Shown: positions 9,717-19,306 of the stretch, piece by piece | How the letters are laid out: every line of letters begins with the position of its first letter | Position numbering within the stretch: the stretch's first letter is position 1 | Assembly: GCA_963795085.1 (NCBI GenBank) | Contig: CAWCFX010000006.1 | Location: forward strand, 640,001 to 704,000 | Direction of reading: 5' to 3' | Length of the DNA stretch: 64,000 bases | Source of the DNA: an uncultured Gemmatimonadales bacterium | GTDB taxonomy: Bacteria; Gemmatimonadota; Gemmatimonadetes; Gemmatimonadales; GWC2-71-9 | Translations under genes and position numbers: made by a program | The notes under the pieces: model-generated | The model's database searches: none | Seen by the model: the letters and a program-made list of their open reading frames with translations, nothing else | Told to the model about the DNA's origin: nothing

Positions 9717-10292
9717 TCAATGGCCGAGGGCGAGCCCGGTTGCCGCGCCGCCCAGCGCCCGGAGCGCATCCTTGCCGTAGAACATGCGGATGTATTTCGC
9801 CTGGGTAACCGTCAGCCGGCGCACCGCCCAGGCCAGGTGCACGAAGTGCGGCTCGTGGGGCGCGTGCAGGGGCACCATGCCACATTCCTCGGGCAAATGG
9901 TTTCCCTTCCGGGTGTTGCAGCTGCTGCACGCCGTTACCACGTTGGTCCACTCGTTCGACCCACCCCGGGAGAGCGGCACCAGGTGATCGCGGGTCAGGC
10001 ACTCGCGATGCCGCAGGTCCGCCTGGGTACGATGGCAATACTGGCAGCGGTAATCATCGCGGGCGAAGAGAAATGTGTTGGTGACCTGGCGGCGGAATCG
10101 GCGGGGGACGTGCACGAAGCGGACGAGGCGGATGATGGCAGGTTTGGGCAGCACCATCCGTGCGCTGCGAACCAGGTCGCCCTGTTCCGCCTCCACGATC
10201 TCTGCTTTTCCGTCGATGACCAGCCGCAGGGCCCGGCGCACCGGGACCATCGTGAGCGGTTCAAAGGAGGCATTTAAAGCCAGACAGCGCAC
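9717..10292 (-). CDS. HNH endonuclease (McrA/COG1403-like, zinc-binding)
   Basis: LALNASFEPL N-terminus, RDDYRCQYC, DHLVPLSRGG...WTNVVTACSSCNTRKG. AGGAG RBS before the GTG start. Confidence 0.92.
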   Translation of the reverse strand: MRCLALNASFEPLTMVPVRRALRLVIDGKAEIVEAEQGDLVRSARMVLPKPAIIRLVRFVHVPRRFRRQVTNTFLFARDDYRCQYCHRTQADLRHRECLTRDHLVPLSRGGSNEWTNVVTACSSCNTRKGNHLPEECGMVPLHAPHEPHFVHLAWAVRRLTVTQAKYIRMFYGKDALRALGGAATGLALGH

Positions 10293-10391
10293 GGAGACTC
10301 CTGGCCCACCGGGCCATTCGCGTTGGAATGATACTGTAAGTCCCAGTCCCTGAATGCTAAGAAGGAATGGCAGCCGGGGGCAAGGTGAGCG

Positions 10392-10838
10392 TCACCGGCT
10401 GCGCGCCGACGCGATCCGACGCTCCACCGCCTTGCGCCCCGTCTCCCCCCGGGTGACCAGCAGGACCTGGTCGCCTCCCGGGAGGGCGCCGATCAACTCG
10501 GGCCATCCCGCCTGGTCGAGCGCCAGGGCCACCGCCGTGGCTCCACCCGGCACGGTGCGGAGCACCAGCAGCGCCCCTACTCCTTCGAAGCTGATCAGCC
10601 AGGTTCCCAGGGTGGTGGCGAGGTCGGGCCGAACCGGGCCTTCCGCCGGGACCACGTAGAATCCGCCGCCGCCGGGGTCCACCTGCTTGGCCAGCCCCAG
10701 TTCCCGGATGTCCCGGCTCAGGGTCGCCTGCCCGACGCTGAGCCCGGCGCCGAGCAGGGCCTGGCGCAGCGCCTCCTGGTTGGGGATTCGCTGGTCCCGC
10801 ACCAGGCGCAGGATCATGCTGTGACGCTCGAGTTTCAT
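10392..10838 (-). CDS. argR: Arginine repressor family regulator
   Basis: wHTH motif QATLSRDIRELGLAK and a C-terminal oligomerisation domain. ATG at 10838 overlaps the upstream stop. Confidence 0.85.
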   Translation of the reverse strand: MKLERHSMILRLVRDQRIPNQEALRQALLGAGLSVGQATLSRDIRELGLAKQVDPGGGGFYVVPAEGPVRPDLATTLGTWLISFEGVGALLVLRTVPGGATAVALALDQAGWPELIGALPGGDQVLLVTRGETGRKAVERRIASARSR

Positions 10839-12076
10839 CGCCGATGCACTTCCCGGCCCGAAATGAACGTGGCCCGCACCTGGTCCGGCCGGCTGGCCAG
10901 GAGTGCCGCGGCCACGCCTTCGTCTCGGGTTCCCGGCGGCAGCTCCACGACCACGCAGTCCGCCCACTTGTCCGCCTCCAGGGTCCCGATCACCTGCCCC
11001 AGTCCGAGCGCCTCGGCACCGCCCAGCATCACCAGGTGCAGCGCCCGCTCGGGAGAAAGCGGCCCCAGGGCCGCAGCGGCCCGCACCTCGGCGAAGAGGT
11101 CCACCGGGTGGACGCTGGCCACCGAGTCGGTGCCCACGCCGAGGTCCAGTCCCGCCTCCAGGAATCGGGACAGCGGCGCGTCGCCGTGGCCGTGTCGGCG
11201 GTTGGACCGGGGACAGTGCGCGACCGAACACCGGTGCCGGACCATGCGGGCGACATCCTCCCCATCCGCATGCACCGCATGGATACAGAGCGTGGCCGGC
11301 CCGAGGACGTCGTGGGCTTCCAGCCAGGCCAGCGGGGTCCGGCCCGGACCCGCGGGCGGCGGGATCCCCCGGCTGCGCCAGTTCTCCGCGAAGCTGCCAG
11401 TCCCGGACGACAGCAAAGCCACTTCGGCGGCTGATTCCCCGATATGGACCGCGATGGGCAGTTCTTCCTCCCGGGCAAAGGCGGCGACCTGGCGATACAG
11501 GGCGCCGCTCACCGAGTACGGCGCGTGCGGCGATACGCCGAGAAACACCCGCTCGGTTTGCGCGGGCCGGAGAGCCAGCACCCGGGTGCGGAACCCGGCG
11601 AACTGGGCCTCCGCCTGCGCCGGGTCGGGCCCGAAGACTTCGAGGTAGGCGATGCCGCTTCCCTGCCCTTCCACGAGCGCCTGGAACCCCGCGCCCGAGT
11701 CACCGGTATCGGCCACCGTCGTGACCCCGGCGGCATGGCATTCCCAGAGACCCCGCCGGGCCGCAGCCAGGAAGTCCACTCCTGACCGTTCCGCCTTGAG
11801 CCGGATGACCGTACGGATCCAGGCCGCGAAATCGCGGTCCGGGGCCTGGTTTTCAAGGCCGGTCAGCTCGAGATGGGTATGGGCGTTGACGAGCCCGGGC
11901 ATCAGCACCGAGCGGGAGAAATGCTCCGAGCGGATCAACGGGCTGCCGGGCACCGTGTGGTCCGGGCCGGCGGCCAGGATGCGGCCGTGACTGTCGGTGA
12001 GAAGGCTGCCAAATGAAATGATGTCGCCGGCGCCGGTATAGAGCCAGTCGGCGGAGAGGCGGACCGGCGTGCTAAT
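10835..12076 (-). CDS. Metal-dependent amidohydrolase (SsnA/MtaD/aminodeoxyfutalosine deaminase-like)
   Basis: PGLVNAHTHLE, SPHAPYSVS, HIGES, HCPRSN and LGVGTDS motifs. The typical N-terminal strand extends to a probable ATT start at 12076; the ORF track starts at GTG 11953. Confidence 0.85.
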   Translation of the reverse strand: MSTPVRLSADWLYTGAGDIISFGSLLTDSHGRILAAGPDHTVPGSPLIRSEHFSRSVLMPGLVNAHTHLELTGLENQAPDRDFAAWIRTVIRLKAERSGVDFLAAARRGLWECHAAGVTTVADTGDSGAGFQALVEGQGSGIAYLEVFGPDPAQAEAQFAGFRTRVLALRPAQTERVFLGVSPHAPYSVSGALYRQVAAFAREEELPIAVHIGESAAEVALLSSGTGSFAENWRSRGIPPPAGPGRTPLAWLEAHDVLGPATLCIHAVHADGEDVARMVRHRCSVAHCPRSNRRHGHGDAPLSRFLEAGLDLGVGTDSVASVHPVDLFAEVRAAAALGPLSPERALHLVMLGGAEALGLGQVIGTLEADKWADCVVVELPPGTRDEGVAAALLASRPDQVRATFISGREVHRR

Positions 12077-14210
12077 GGCGGGGCCCCGGCTTCCACATCC
12101 CGGCGCCCCCGGTGAAGGGGTTGTGGATGGGACAGTGCTCCTGGGGCTCGGTGCCCGGTATAAACGACTCGACGTAACGATCCTCGGCCGGACAGAACGG
12201 GGTGAAGCGGTACCCGGTCTTCCGGTCGATGGTGTCGAACGTCAGGCCTTCGGGGCGGGCCCAGTCGCGGGGGGCGGCCCGCCGCTCGTAGATCTCCCGC
12301 ATCATGCCGGTCCACGCCGGTGCGGCCAGCCGCCCGCCCTGCGCGTTGCTCATGATCCGCTGGCGCTGGTCCATGCCGATCCAGATGCCGGTGACGAGAT
12401 CGGGAGTGAATCCGACAAACCAGACATCGGCGTAGTCGTTGGTCGTGCCGGTCTTGCCGCCGGCCGGCAGGGTGAATCCGCCGCCCCGTACCGCGGAGTT
12501 GGCGGTGCCCCGGGAGACCACGTCTTTAAGCGCGTCGGTGATGAGGAACGCGTGCTCCGGCTCCATCACCCGCTCGGAGCGGGGCCGTGATTCCCAGACG
12601 ATGTCGCCCCGGGTGTCTTCCACCCGCAGGATCCCGATGGGCGCATTACGAACGCCGCCGTTGGCGAAGGCGGTGTAGGCCGCCACCAGTTCGAGCGGAA
12701 TGACCTCGGCGGACCCGATATAGATGGAAGGGTACGGCGGGATCCGGGTGGTGAGGCCGAACCGGGTGGCTTCGGCGATCACCGACGAGGGGCCCAGCTC
12801 CATGCCCAGCTTGATGGCAATGATATTGACCGATTGATAGAGCGCCTGGCGAAGCGTCATGGGGCCGTCGAATTTGCCGTCGTAGTTCTGGGGCTCCCAC
12901 GGTTGCTGGGTACTATCGGAATAGGGGACGACCAGCGGCTCGTCCACCATTACGGTCGAGAGGGGGTAGCCGGCCCGGATGGCGGCGGAATAGACGAACG
13001 GCTTGAAGGTGGAGCCGGGCTGCCGGCGGGCCTGGATAGCCCGGTTGAACTTGCTGTCGTTGAAGTCGCGACCGCCCACCATGGCCCGGATGTAGCCGGT
13101 CTTGGCTTCAATGGTGATCGCAAGGCCCTGCAGGTAGGGCGTCATGCTGCGGGCCTCGGTGCTGCCCGACTCGCCCTGCTTCCGGAGATAGTCGGCGTAG
13201 GTCTGGTGGGTGTATCGGCCCAGCCGCCCGCTTTCGATGGCTTCCAGCTGGGTTGCCAGGGAGCGCTCGGCGGCCTGCTGCATGTCCAGGTCGATGGTGG
13301 TGTAGATCCGCAGGCCCTGCCGGTACAGTCCAGACCCGAACTGGGCATCCATCACCTGGCGCACGTACTCGACGAAGTAGGGCGCCACGTCGCTGAAATC
13401 GGAGCGGGACGACAGGATCAGCGGGTAGGCCTTCCACGTCTCGGCCTCCTGCCGGGTCAGGTACCCGTCATCGCGGAGCAGGTTGATCACGACGTTCCGG
13501 CGCATGACCGCGCGGCGGGGATAGCGGCGGGGATTGTAGGACGACGGGGCCTTGGGCAGCGCGGCCAGCATGGCGGCTTCCGCCACGTTCACATCGCGCA
13601 CCGACTTCCCGAAGTAGCGCTGCGACGCGGCCTCCACACCATAGGCGCCGTTGCCGAGCCCGATCTGGTTGAGATACAGCTCGAGGATGCGTTCCTTGGA
13701 GTAGTTCTGTTCGATCTCGAAGGCGACCTGGGCCTCGCGGATCTTGCGCCGGAGGCTCCGGTCCCGGCCGCTGATGTTCTCGGGCCACAGGTTCCGGGCC
13801 AGTTGCATGGTGATGGTCGAGAAACCCTCGGCGAAGCGAAAGGCGAGCAGGTTGGCCTTGATGGCGCCGACGACCCGGATATAGTCCACGCCGCGGTGGC
13901 CGTAGAACCGCTTGTCCTCGGTGACGATGAACGCGGCGGTGACCGCGCCCGCCATCTGGTCCAGCGGGACGACGGTGCGCCGCTCCAGCCCGAAGTCGGT
14001 GATCAGCCTGCCGTCGGCGGCATAGACCTTGGAGGCCTGTTCCGGGCTGAAGACATCGGGGTTGAGGCCGGCGATCGAGGGGCAGGCGGCACCGGCACAG
14101 GCGCGCGTCCAAGCCCCGACGCCGAGCGCGAGCCCGAAACCCAGCACGGCGAGAAGGCCGACGGCGATATTGCCGCGGACCCGGGGATTGTGCAGCCAGG
14201 GGAACCGCAT
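12072..14210 (-). CDS. Class A penicillin-binding protein (PBP1A family)
   Basis: Transglycosylase EDKRFYGHRG and GFSTITMQLARN; transpeptidase STFK, SVN and KTGT. Confidence 0.95.
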   Translation of the reverse strand: MRFPWLHNPRVRGNIAVGLLAVLGFGLALGVGAWTRACAGAACPSIAGLNPDVFSPEQASKVYAADGRLITDFGLERRTVVPLDQMAGAVTAAFIVTEDKRFYGHRGVDYIRVVGAIKANLLAFRFAEGFSTITMQLARNLWPENISGRDRSLRRKIREAQVAFEIEQNYSKERILELYLNQIGLGNGAYGVEAASQRYFGKSVRDVNVAEAAMLAALPKAPSSYNPRRYPRRAVMRRNVVINLLRDDGYLTRQEAETWKAYPLILSSRSDFSDVAPYFVEYVRQVMDAQFGSGLYRQGLRIYTTIDLDMQQAAERSLATQLEAIESGRLGRYTHQTYADYLRKQGESGSTEARSMTPYLQGLAITIEAKTGYIRAMVGGRDFNDSKFNRAIQARRQPGSTFKPFVYSAAIRAGYPLSTVMVDEPLVVPYSDSTQQPWEPQNYDGKFDGPMTLRQALYQSVNIIAIKLGMELGPSSVIAEATRFGLTTRIPPYPSIYIGSAEVIPLELVAAYTAFANGGVRNAPIGILRVEDTRGDIVWESRPRSERVMEPEHAFLITDALKDVVSRGTANSAVRGGGFTLPAGGKTGTTNDYADVWFVGFTPDLVTGIWIGMDQRQRIMSNAQGGRLAAPAWTGMMREIYERRAAPRDWARPEGLTFDTIDRKTGYRFTPFCPAEDRYVESFIPGTEPQEHCPIHNPFTGGAGMWKPGPRH

Positions 14211-14237
14211 GCCGGAAAGCTAACGAGAGGCGCGGGG

Positions 14238-16391
14238 CTACGGGACTGTCTGCTCGAAGCTGGCCTCGGTGAGCAGGGGCGCCGGAGCATACATGGTGTG
14301 AAGCGGGCAATACTCCCGGGGTTCGGTGCCGAAGAGAAAGTACTCGCTGGCGCGGGCGGCGGGGGGACACTGGGCGGTGAAGAGATACCCGGTGCCGCGG
14401 TCGATCTCCAGCGTGGAAACACCGGGCGGCACCAGCCACTCTCCCGGGGCGGGGCGGTGCTGATAGACCTCTTTCATGATTGTGGTCCAGATCGGGGCGG
14501 CCAGTTTGCCGCCCTGGGCACCGGCCATGATGGGCTGCCGGCGGTCCATGCCGATCCATACCCCGGTGACGATGTCGGCAGTGAAGCCGATGTACCAGTT
14601 GTCGGCGTAGTCGTCGCTGGTGCCGGTCTTTCCCGCCGAGGGGTAGGGAAAGCCGGCTGCCGTCACCGCCCCGTAGGCGGTACCCCGGCGGACGACGTCG
14701 CGCAGCGCGTTGGTCATCAGCCAGGCCTGGGCCCGGTCCATGACATAGGATCGCTGGACCGCGGGCTCCCAGAGGATATTCCCCGCGGCATCCTCCACCC
14801 GCAGGATCGGGTTGGGCGCGGTACGTTCCCCTCCGTTCGCGAAGGCCGAGTACGCGCTCACCAGTTCGAGCGGGATCACTTCGGCCGTCCCCAGCACGAT
14901 GGACGGGTAGGCAGGGAGTTGCGTGGTGAGGCCGAACTGGCGGGCCTCGTGGATCACGTGGTTGAGCCCCAGATCCATGGCCAGCCGCACCGTGGCCGCG
15001 TTGCGGGAACGATACAGCGCTTCCCTGATGGTGATGGCGCCCTGGAAGGCGTAATCCGAGTTGTTGGGCGACCAGTCGGGTTCCCCCACCCGGGTGGCGC
15101 GGATCGTCACGGGTTCGTCATCCACCAGCCGGCTCAGGGGGTCGCCGTGGCGCACCGCCGCCGAGTACACAAATGGCTTGAAGGCGGACCCCGCCTGCCG
15201 CCGGCTCTGCACCGCGCGGTTGAACTTGCTGGTCTGGAAGTCACGGCCTCCCACCATCGCGAGAATGCGGCCGGTGCGGACTTCCTGGACGATGACCATG
15301 CCCTGAAGAAAGGGCGACGCCCCCGGGTGCTCGCCGGCGGGAGCGGATTCCAGGTAGGCCCGGTAGGAGGCCCGGGAGTAACGGCCGAACTTGCCCCGCT
15401 CGATCGCGTCGAGCTGTGAGGCCAGGCCCCGCTCGGCGGTGCGCTGGATGGCCGGGTCGAGCGTGGTATGGACCCGGAGCCCGCCGACGCCGAGTTGCTC
15501 CCCGAACCGGCGCTCCACCAGCTGGCGAACGTACTGGACGAAATAAGGGGCGAGGGCGGGCTCTTCAGCGGCCGGGCGCAGCCCCAGGGGCAGGGCCTTC
15601 CAGGCCACCGCCTGCCCGGCGGTCAGGTGCCCGTCGCGGCGCAACAGGTCGATCACCAGGTTGCGTCGGGCCCGGGCCCGCTCCGGGAAGCGCCTCGGGT
15701 TGTAATAGCTCGGCCCCTTGGGAAGCGCGGCCAGCAGGGCAGCTTCCGCCACGTTGAGATCCGCCGCCGACTTGCCAAAGAACGAACGGGCCGCCGGTTC
15801 AACCCCGAAGATCTCGCCCCCCAGCGGGATCTGGTTAAGGTAGAGCTCGAGAATGCGATCCTTGGTATAGCGCTTTTCAATCCGGTAGGCGACCTGGACC
15901 TCGCGCATCTTGCGGGTAAAGGTGCGACTGCGGCCGTTGATCGCATCCGGCCACAGGTTGCGGGCCAGCTGCATGGTGACGGTCGAGCCGCCCTCCTTCA
16001 GCCGGCCGGTCACCACGTTGGTGCCGAACGCCCCGAGGACCCGCAGGTAGTCCACGCCGTCGTGGCGGTAGAAACGGCGGTCCTCGGTCGCGAGGAACGC
16101 CTGTTTGAGCACCGGAGACATTTCGGCCAGCGGCATGAACGTCCGCCGCTCGCTGCCGACCCGGGCCAGGAGCGAGCCATCGGCAGCCAGGATATGGGAG
16201 GTCTGGCGGAGGGGGAGCGGTCCCAGGTTGTCGGTCCGCGGGCAGGCATTGCCGTCGCAGGCCCGGAACCATGCGCCCAGCAGGAGGGCGTAGCCGGCCG
16301 CGACCATCGCCATGACGACCAGCGCGGCCTTGATGCCGCGGCGCCGCTCGCCCTGCCAGAGCAACTGCCGGATGACGCTCCAGGTGTCCAT
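14238..16391 (-). CDS. Class A penicillin-binding protein (PBP1A family), tandem paralog
   Basis: EDRRFYRHDG, GGSTVTMQLARN, SAFK, SRN and KTGT. Start placed at ATG 16391 because the longer ORF overlaps tyrS in antisense. Confidence 0.93.
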   Translation of the reverse strand: MDTWSVIRQLLWQGERRRGIKAALVVMAMVAAGYALLLGAWFRACDGNACPRTDNLGPLPLRQTSHILAADGSLLARVGSERRTFMPLAEMSPVLKQAFLATEDRRFYRHDGVDYLRVLGAFGTNVVTGRLKEGGSTVTMQLARNLWPDAINGRSRTFTRKMREVQVAYRIEKRYTKDRILELYLNQIPLGGEIFGVEPAARSFFGKSAADLNVAEAALLAALPKGPSYYNPRRFPERARARRNLVIDLLRRDGHLTAGQAVAWKALPLGLRPAAEEPALAPYFVQYVRQLVERRFGEQLGVGGLRVHTTLDPAIQRTAERGLASQLDAIERGKFGRYSRASYRAYLESAPAGEHPGASPFLQGMVIVQEVRTGRILAMVGGRDFQTSKFNRAVQSRRQAGSAFKPFVYSAAVRHGDPLSRLVDDEPVTIRATRVGEPDWSPNNSDYAFQGAITIREALYRSRNAATVRLAMDLGLNHVIHEARQFGLTTQLPAYPSIVLGTAEVIPLELVSAYSAFANGGERTAPNPILRVEDAAGNILWEPAVQRSYVMDRAQAWLMTNALRDVVRRGTAYGAVTAAGFPYPSAGKTGTSDDYADNWYIGFTADIVTGVWIGMDRRQPIMAGAQGGKLAAPIWTTIMKEVYQHRPAPGEWLVPPGVSTLEIDRGTGYLFTAQCPPAARASEYFLFGTEPREYCPLHTMYAPAPLLTEASFEQTVP

Positions 16392-16454
16392 GGCAGACGA
16401 TAGATCCCGGCCGGGGGTACGAATAGGACCCAAGTCACCATTACCTTTGGCGCA

Positions 16455-17711
16455 ATGGCCAATCTCCTCGACACCCTGACCGCGCGCGGATTTGTCCACG
16501 ATGCCACCCCCGGCCTCGCCGAGCGGCTCGCGGCCGGGCCCATCGCGGGTTATGTCGGTTTTGACCCGACCGCGCCATCGCTGCACGTGGGCAACCTGGT
16601 GCCGGTCATGGGCCTGTCCTGGCTGCAACGGCTCGGGGGAACCCCGATCATCCTGGTCGGTGGCGGCACCGGCCTGGTGGGCGACCCCAGCGGCAAACGG
16701 GCCGAGCGGCCGGTGCTCCCGGTGGAACAGGTGGACGCCAACACCGACGCCATCCGGCGGCAGCTCACCAGCTTTCTCGACTTCGAAGGAGCCGCGGCGG
16801 CCCGCATGCTCGACAACGGGGACTGGCTGCGATCCATCACGCTGATGGATTTCCTGCGGGACACCGGCAAGCACTTTACCCTGAACTACATGCTGCAGAA
16901 GGAGTCGGTCCGGTCCCGGATGGACACCGGCATCTCCTTCACCGAGTTCAGCTACATGCTGGTGCAGGCCTATGACTTCTGGCACCTGTGCCGCACCTGG
17001 CAGTGCGAACTGCAGATGGGCGGCAGCGACCAGTGGGGCAACATTACGGCGGGCATCGAGTTGATCTCCCGGCGGGAGCAGCGGGCGGCCCATGGCCTGG
17101 TGTTCCCCCTGCTGACCACCGCCGGCGGCGCCAAGTTCGGCAAGAGCGAGGACGGCAACGTCTGGCTCGACCCGGAACGGACTTCACCGTACCAGTTCTA
17201 CCAGTTCTGGCTCAATACCGACGACCGGGACGTGGAGCGGCTGCTGAAGTTCTTCACCTTCCTTCCGTTGGAGACCATCGAAGAAATCGTCATGGTCCAC
17301 CAGGGAGACCCGGGCCAGCGCCACGCCCAGCGGATCCTGGCCGAGGAGGTCACCGCGCGAGTCCACGGCAGTAGCACCAAGGACCGGGTGGTCGAGGCCA
17401 GCAAGGCGCTGTTCCAGGGCGGGGCCGGTGCGGCCGCGGACCTGTTACCCGAGATGCCGGAATGCGTGATTACAGCCGGCGAGTTCGGCCAGGGCATGTC
17501 CGTGGTGGACATCCTGGTCCGCTCCGGCCTGGCAACCTCCAAGAGCGACGCGCGCCGGGGGATCCAGGGCAAGGGGTTTTATCTCAACGGGGACCCGGTG
17601 GCCGAAGTCGAACGGATCGTCTTGCTCGCGGATCTCCAGGCGGCGGGTGGAAAGCAGGTCGCGACGCTGCGCAAGGGGAAGAAGAACTACGTCAAGCTGG
17701 TGGTGGAATAG
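16455..17711 (+). CDS. tyrS: Tyrosine--tRNA ligase
   Basis: [32 protein letters not shown] and a C-terminal S4 domain. Confidence 0.98.
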   Translation: MANLLDTLTARGFVHDATPGLAERLAAGPIAGYVGFDPTAPSLHVGNLVPVMGLSWLQRLGGTPIILVGGGTGLVGDPSGKRAERPVLPVEQVDANTDAIRRQLTSFLDFEGAAAARMLDNGDWLRSITLMDFLRDTGKHFTLNYMLQKESVRSRMDTGISFTEFSYMLVQAYDFWHLCRTWQCELQMGGSDQWGNITAGIELISRREQRAAHGLVFPLLTTAGGAKFGKSEDGNVWLDPERTSPYQFYQFWLNTDDRDVERLLKFFTFLPLETIEEIVMVHQGDPGQRHAQRILAEEVTARVHGSSTKDRVVEASKALFQGGAGAAADLLPEMPECVITAGEFGQGMSVVDILVRSGLATSKSDARRGIQGKGFYLNGDPVAEVERIVLLADLQAAGGKQVATLRKGKKNYVKLVVE

Positions 17712-17713
17712 CC

Positions 17714-19258
17714 ATGGCCGGATTCCAGGAGTCCCTGGCGGCGGGGTATGGGTTTTCCGAGCCGGCCCTCGTCCTGGGGGCGGCACTCGAGAGCGGCACG
17801 GTCTACCCCGAGCCCAAGGTGCGCATCCCGCTGTCCATGCTCAATCGCCACGGCCTGGTGGCCGGCGCCACCGGCACCGGAAAGACCAAGACCCTGCAAC
17901 TGATGGCCGAGCAGTGTTCGGCCCAGGGCATTCCGGTATTCGTGGCCGACATCAAGGGCGATCTGTCCGGCCTGGCCGCCCCGGGGGAACCCGGCAGCCG
18001 GATCACGGCCCGCGCCGACAGCGTCGGTTACCAGTGGACCCCCGGGGGAGTGCCGGTGGAGTTCGTGAGCCTCACCGGCGACCTGGGGGTCCAGCTCCGG
18101 GCCTCGGTCAGCGGTTTCGGCCCCCTGCTCCTCGCCAAGGTGCTCTCCCTGAACGAGACGCAGACCAGCGTGCTCGCGCTGGTCTTCAAGTACTGTGACG
18201 ACCAGCAGCTCCCCCTGCTCGACTTTGCCGATCTCCGGGCGGTGCTGCAGTACCTGACCTCGGACGAGGGCAAGGCCGGCCTGGCGGACTACGGGGGGAT
18301 GTCTTCCTCGACCGTCGGCGTCCTCCTTCGCAAGATGATCGAGCTGGAGGCCCAGGGGGCCGACCGGTTCTTCGGGGAACCGGAGTTCGACGTGCAGGAC
18401 CTGATGGCGGTGACCCCGGATGGGCGCGGCGTGGTGACGGCGCTCGAGCTCGCGGACATTCCCGACAAGCCGATGCTCTTCTCCACTTTCATGATGTGGC
18501 TGCTGGCCGAACTGTACCAGAACCTCCCCGAAGCGGGCGACCTGGCGAAGCCGAAGCTGGTGTTCTTTTTCGACGAGGCCCACCTGCTCTTCCGGGACGC
18601 CTCCAAGGCGTTCCTCGACCAGATCGAACAGGTCATCCGGCTGATCCGCTCGAAGGGCGTCGGCGTTTTCTTCGTGACCCAGACCCCGAAGGACGTGCCG
18701 GACGAGGTGCTGGCCCAGCTGGGGCACCGGGTGCAGCATGCCCTCCGCGCCCATACCCCGGACGACGAGAAGGCGCTGCGGGCCACGGTCCGGACCTTTC
18801 CGAAAACCGATTTCTACGACCTGGCCGAGACGCTGACCAGCCTGGGCATCGGAGAAGCGGTGGTCACCGTGCTCAACCCCCGCGGGGTGCCCACGCCGGT
18901 GGTCGCCGCCCGGCTCATCCCGCCCGGCTCCCGCATGGCGCCGCTCACGCCGGAGGAGCTGGCCGCGGATATTCGCCAGTCGGACCTGCTGGCGGAATAC
19001 GGGAAAGCCGTGGACCGCGAGAGCGCCCGCGAAATGCTGGCGGACCGCATGGCGCGCACCGCGCCCGCACGGCAGCTCGAGGAGGAACCCGCCCGCCGGG
19101 CGCCGAAAGGGCGGGCCCGGATGGGGGCGGGAGAAAAAATACTGGGGTCGCTCTCCAACACCATCGGCCGGACGGTCGGCCGGGAGGTCATCCGGGGTCT
19201 CTTCGGGCTGCTCGGCGTCAAACCGCCCCGGACAACCCGGCGTCGGCGACGCTGGTAG
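17714..19258 (+). CDS. DUF853 / HerA-like ATPase (YjgR family)
   Basis: NRHGLVAGATGTGKTKTLQ, DIKGDLSG, FFFDEAHLLF, RLIRSKGVG and QHALRA. Confidence 0.9.
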   Translation: MAGFQESLAAGYGFSEPALVLGAALESGTVYPEPKVRIPLSMLNRHGLVAGATGTGKTKTLQLMAEQCSAQGIPVFVADIKGDLSGLAAPGEPGSRITARADSVGYQWTPGGVPVEFVSLTGDLGVQLRASVSGFGPLLLAKVLSLNETQTSVLALVFKYCDDQQLPLLDFADLRAVLQYLTSDEGKAGLADYGGMSSSTVGVLLRKMIELEAQGADRFFGEPEFDVQDLMAVTPDGRGVVTALELADIPDKPMLFSTFMMWLLAELYQNLPEAGDLAKPKLVFFFDEAHLLFRDASKAFLDQIEQVIRLIRSKGVGVFFVTQTPKDVPDEVLAQLGHRVQHALRAHTPDDEKALRATVRTFPKTDFYDLAETLTSLGIGEAVVTVLNPRGVPTPVVAARLIPPGSRMAPLTPEELAADIRQSDLLAEYGKAVDRESAREMLADRMARTAPARQLEEEPARRAPKGRARMGAGEKILGSLSNTIGRTVGREVIRGLFGLLGVKPPRTTRRRRRW

Positions 19259-19306
19259 GAATCATCTTTGAGGTTATGAAGTCTTCGTTCGCGTTTTCGT
19301 GTCTTA

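Noticed and set aside
9717..10292. HNH protein as an IscB/Cas9-like or IS200/IS605 element
   Set aside because: It is only 191 aa, with no RuvC motifs, PLMP domain, transposase or CRISPR repeats nearby.
12834..15419. Long alternative-frame and antisense ORFs (e.g. 12834-15419 +, 33166-35262 +, 34898-36628 +, 55577-57733 +, 5601-7124 -)
   Set aside because: They are shadows of well-supported genes on the opposite strand. They are expected in very GC-rich DNA with few stop codons and carry no recognisable motifs.
14238..17093. 951-aa extended PBP, 741-aa extended GT (19307-21532) and similar N-terminal extensions in the ORF track
   Set aside because: The extensions overlap other real genes (tyrS, the aminotransferase). 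Downstream starts fit the domain boundaries.
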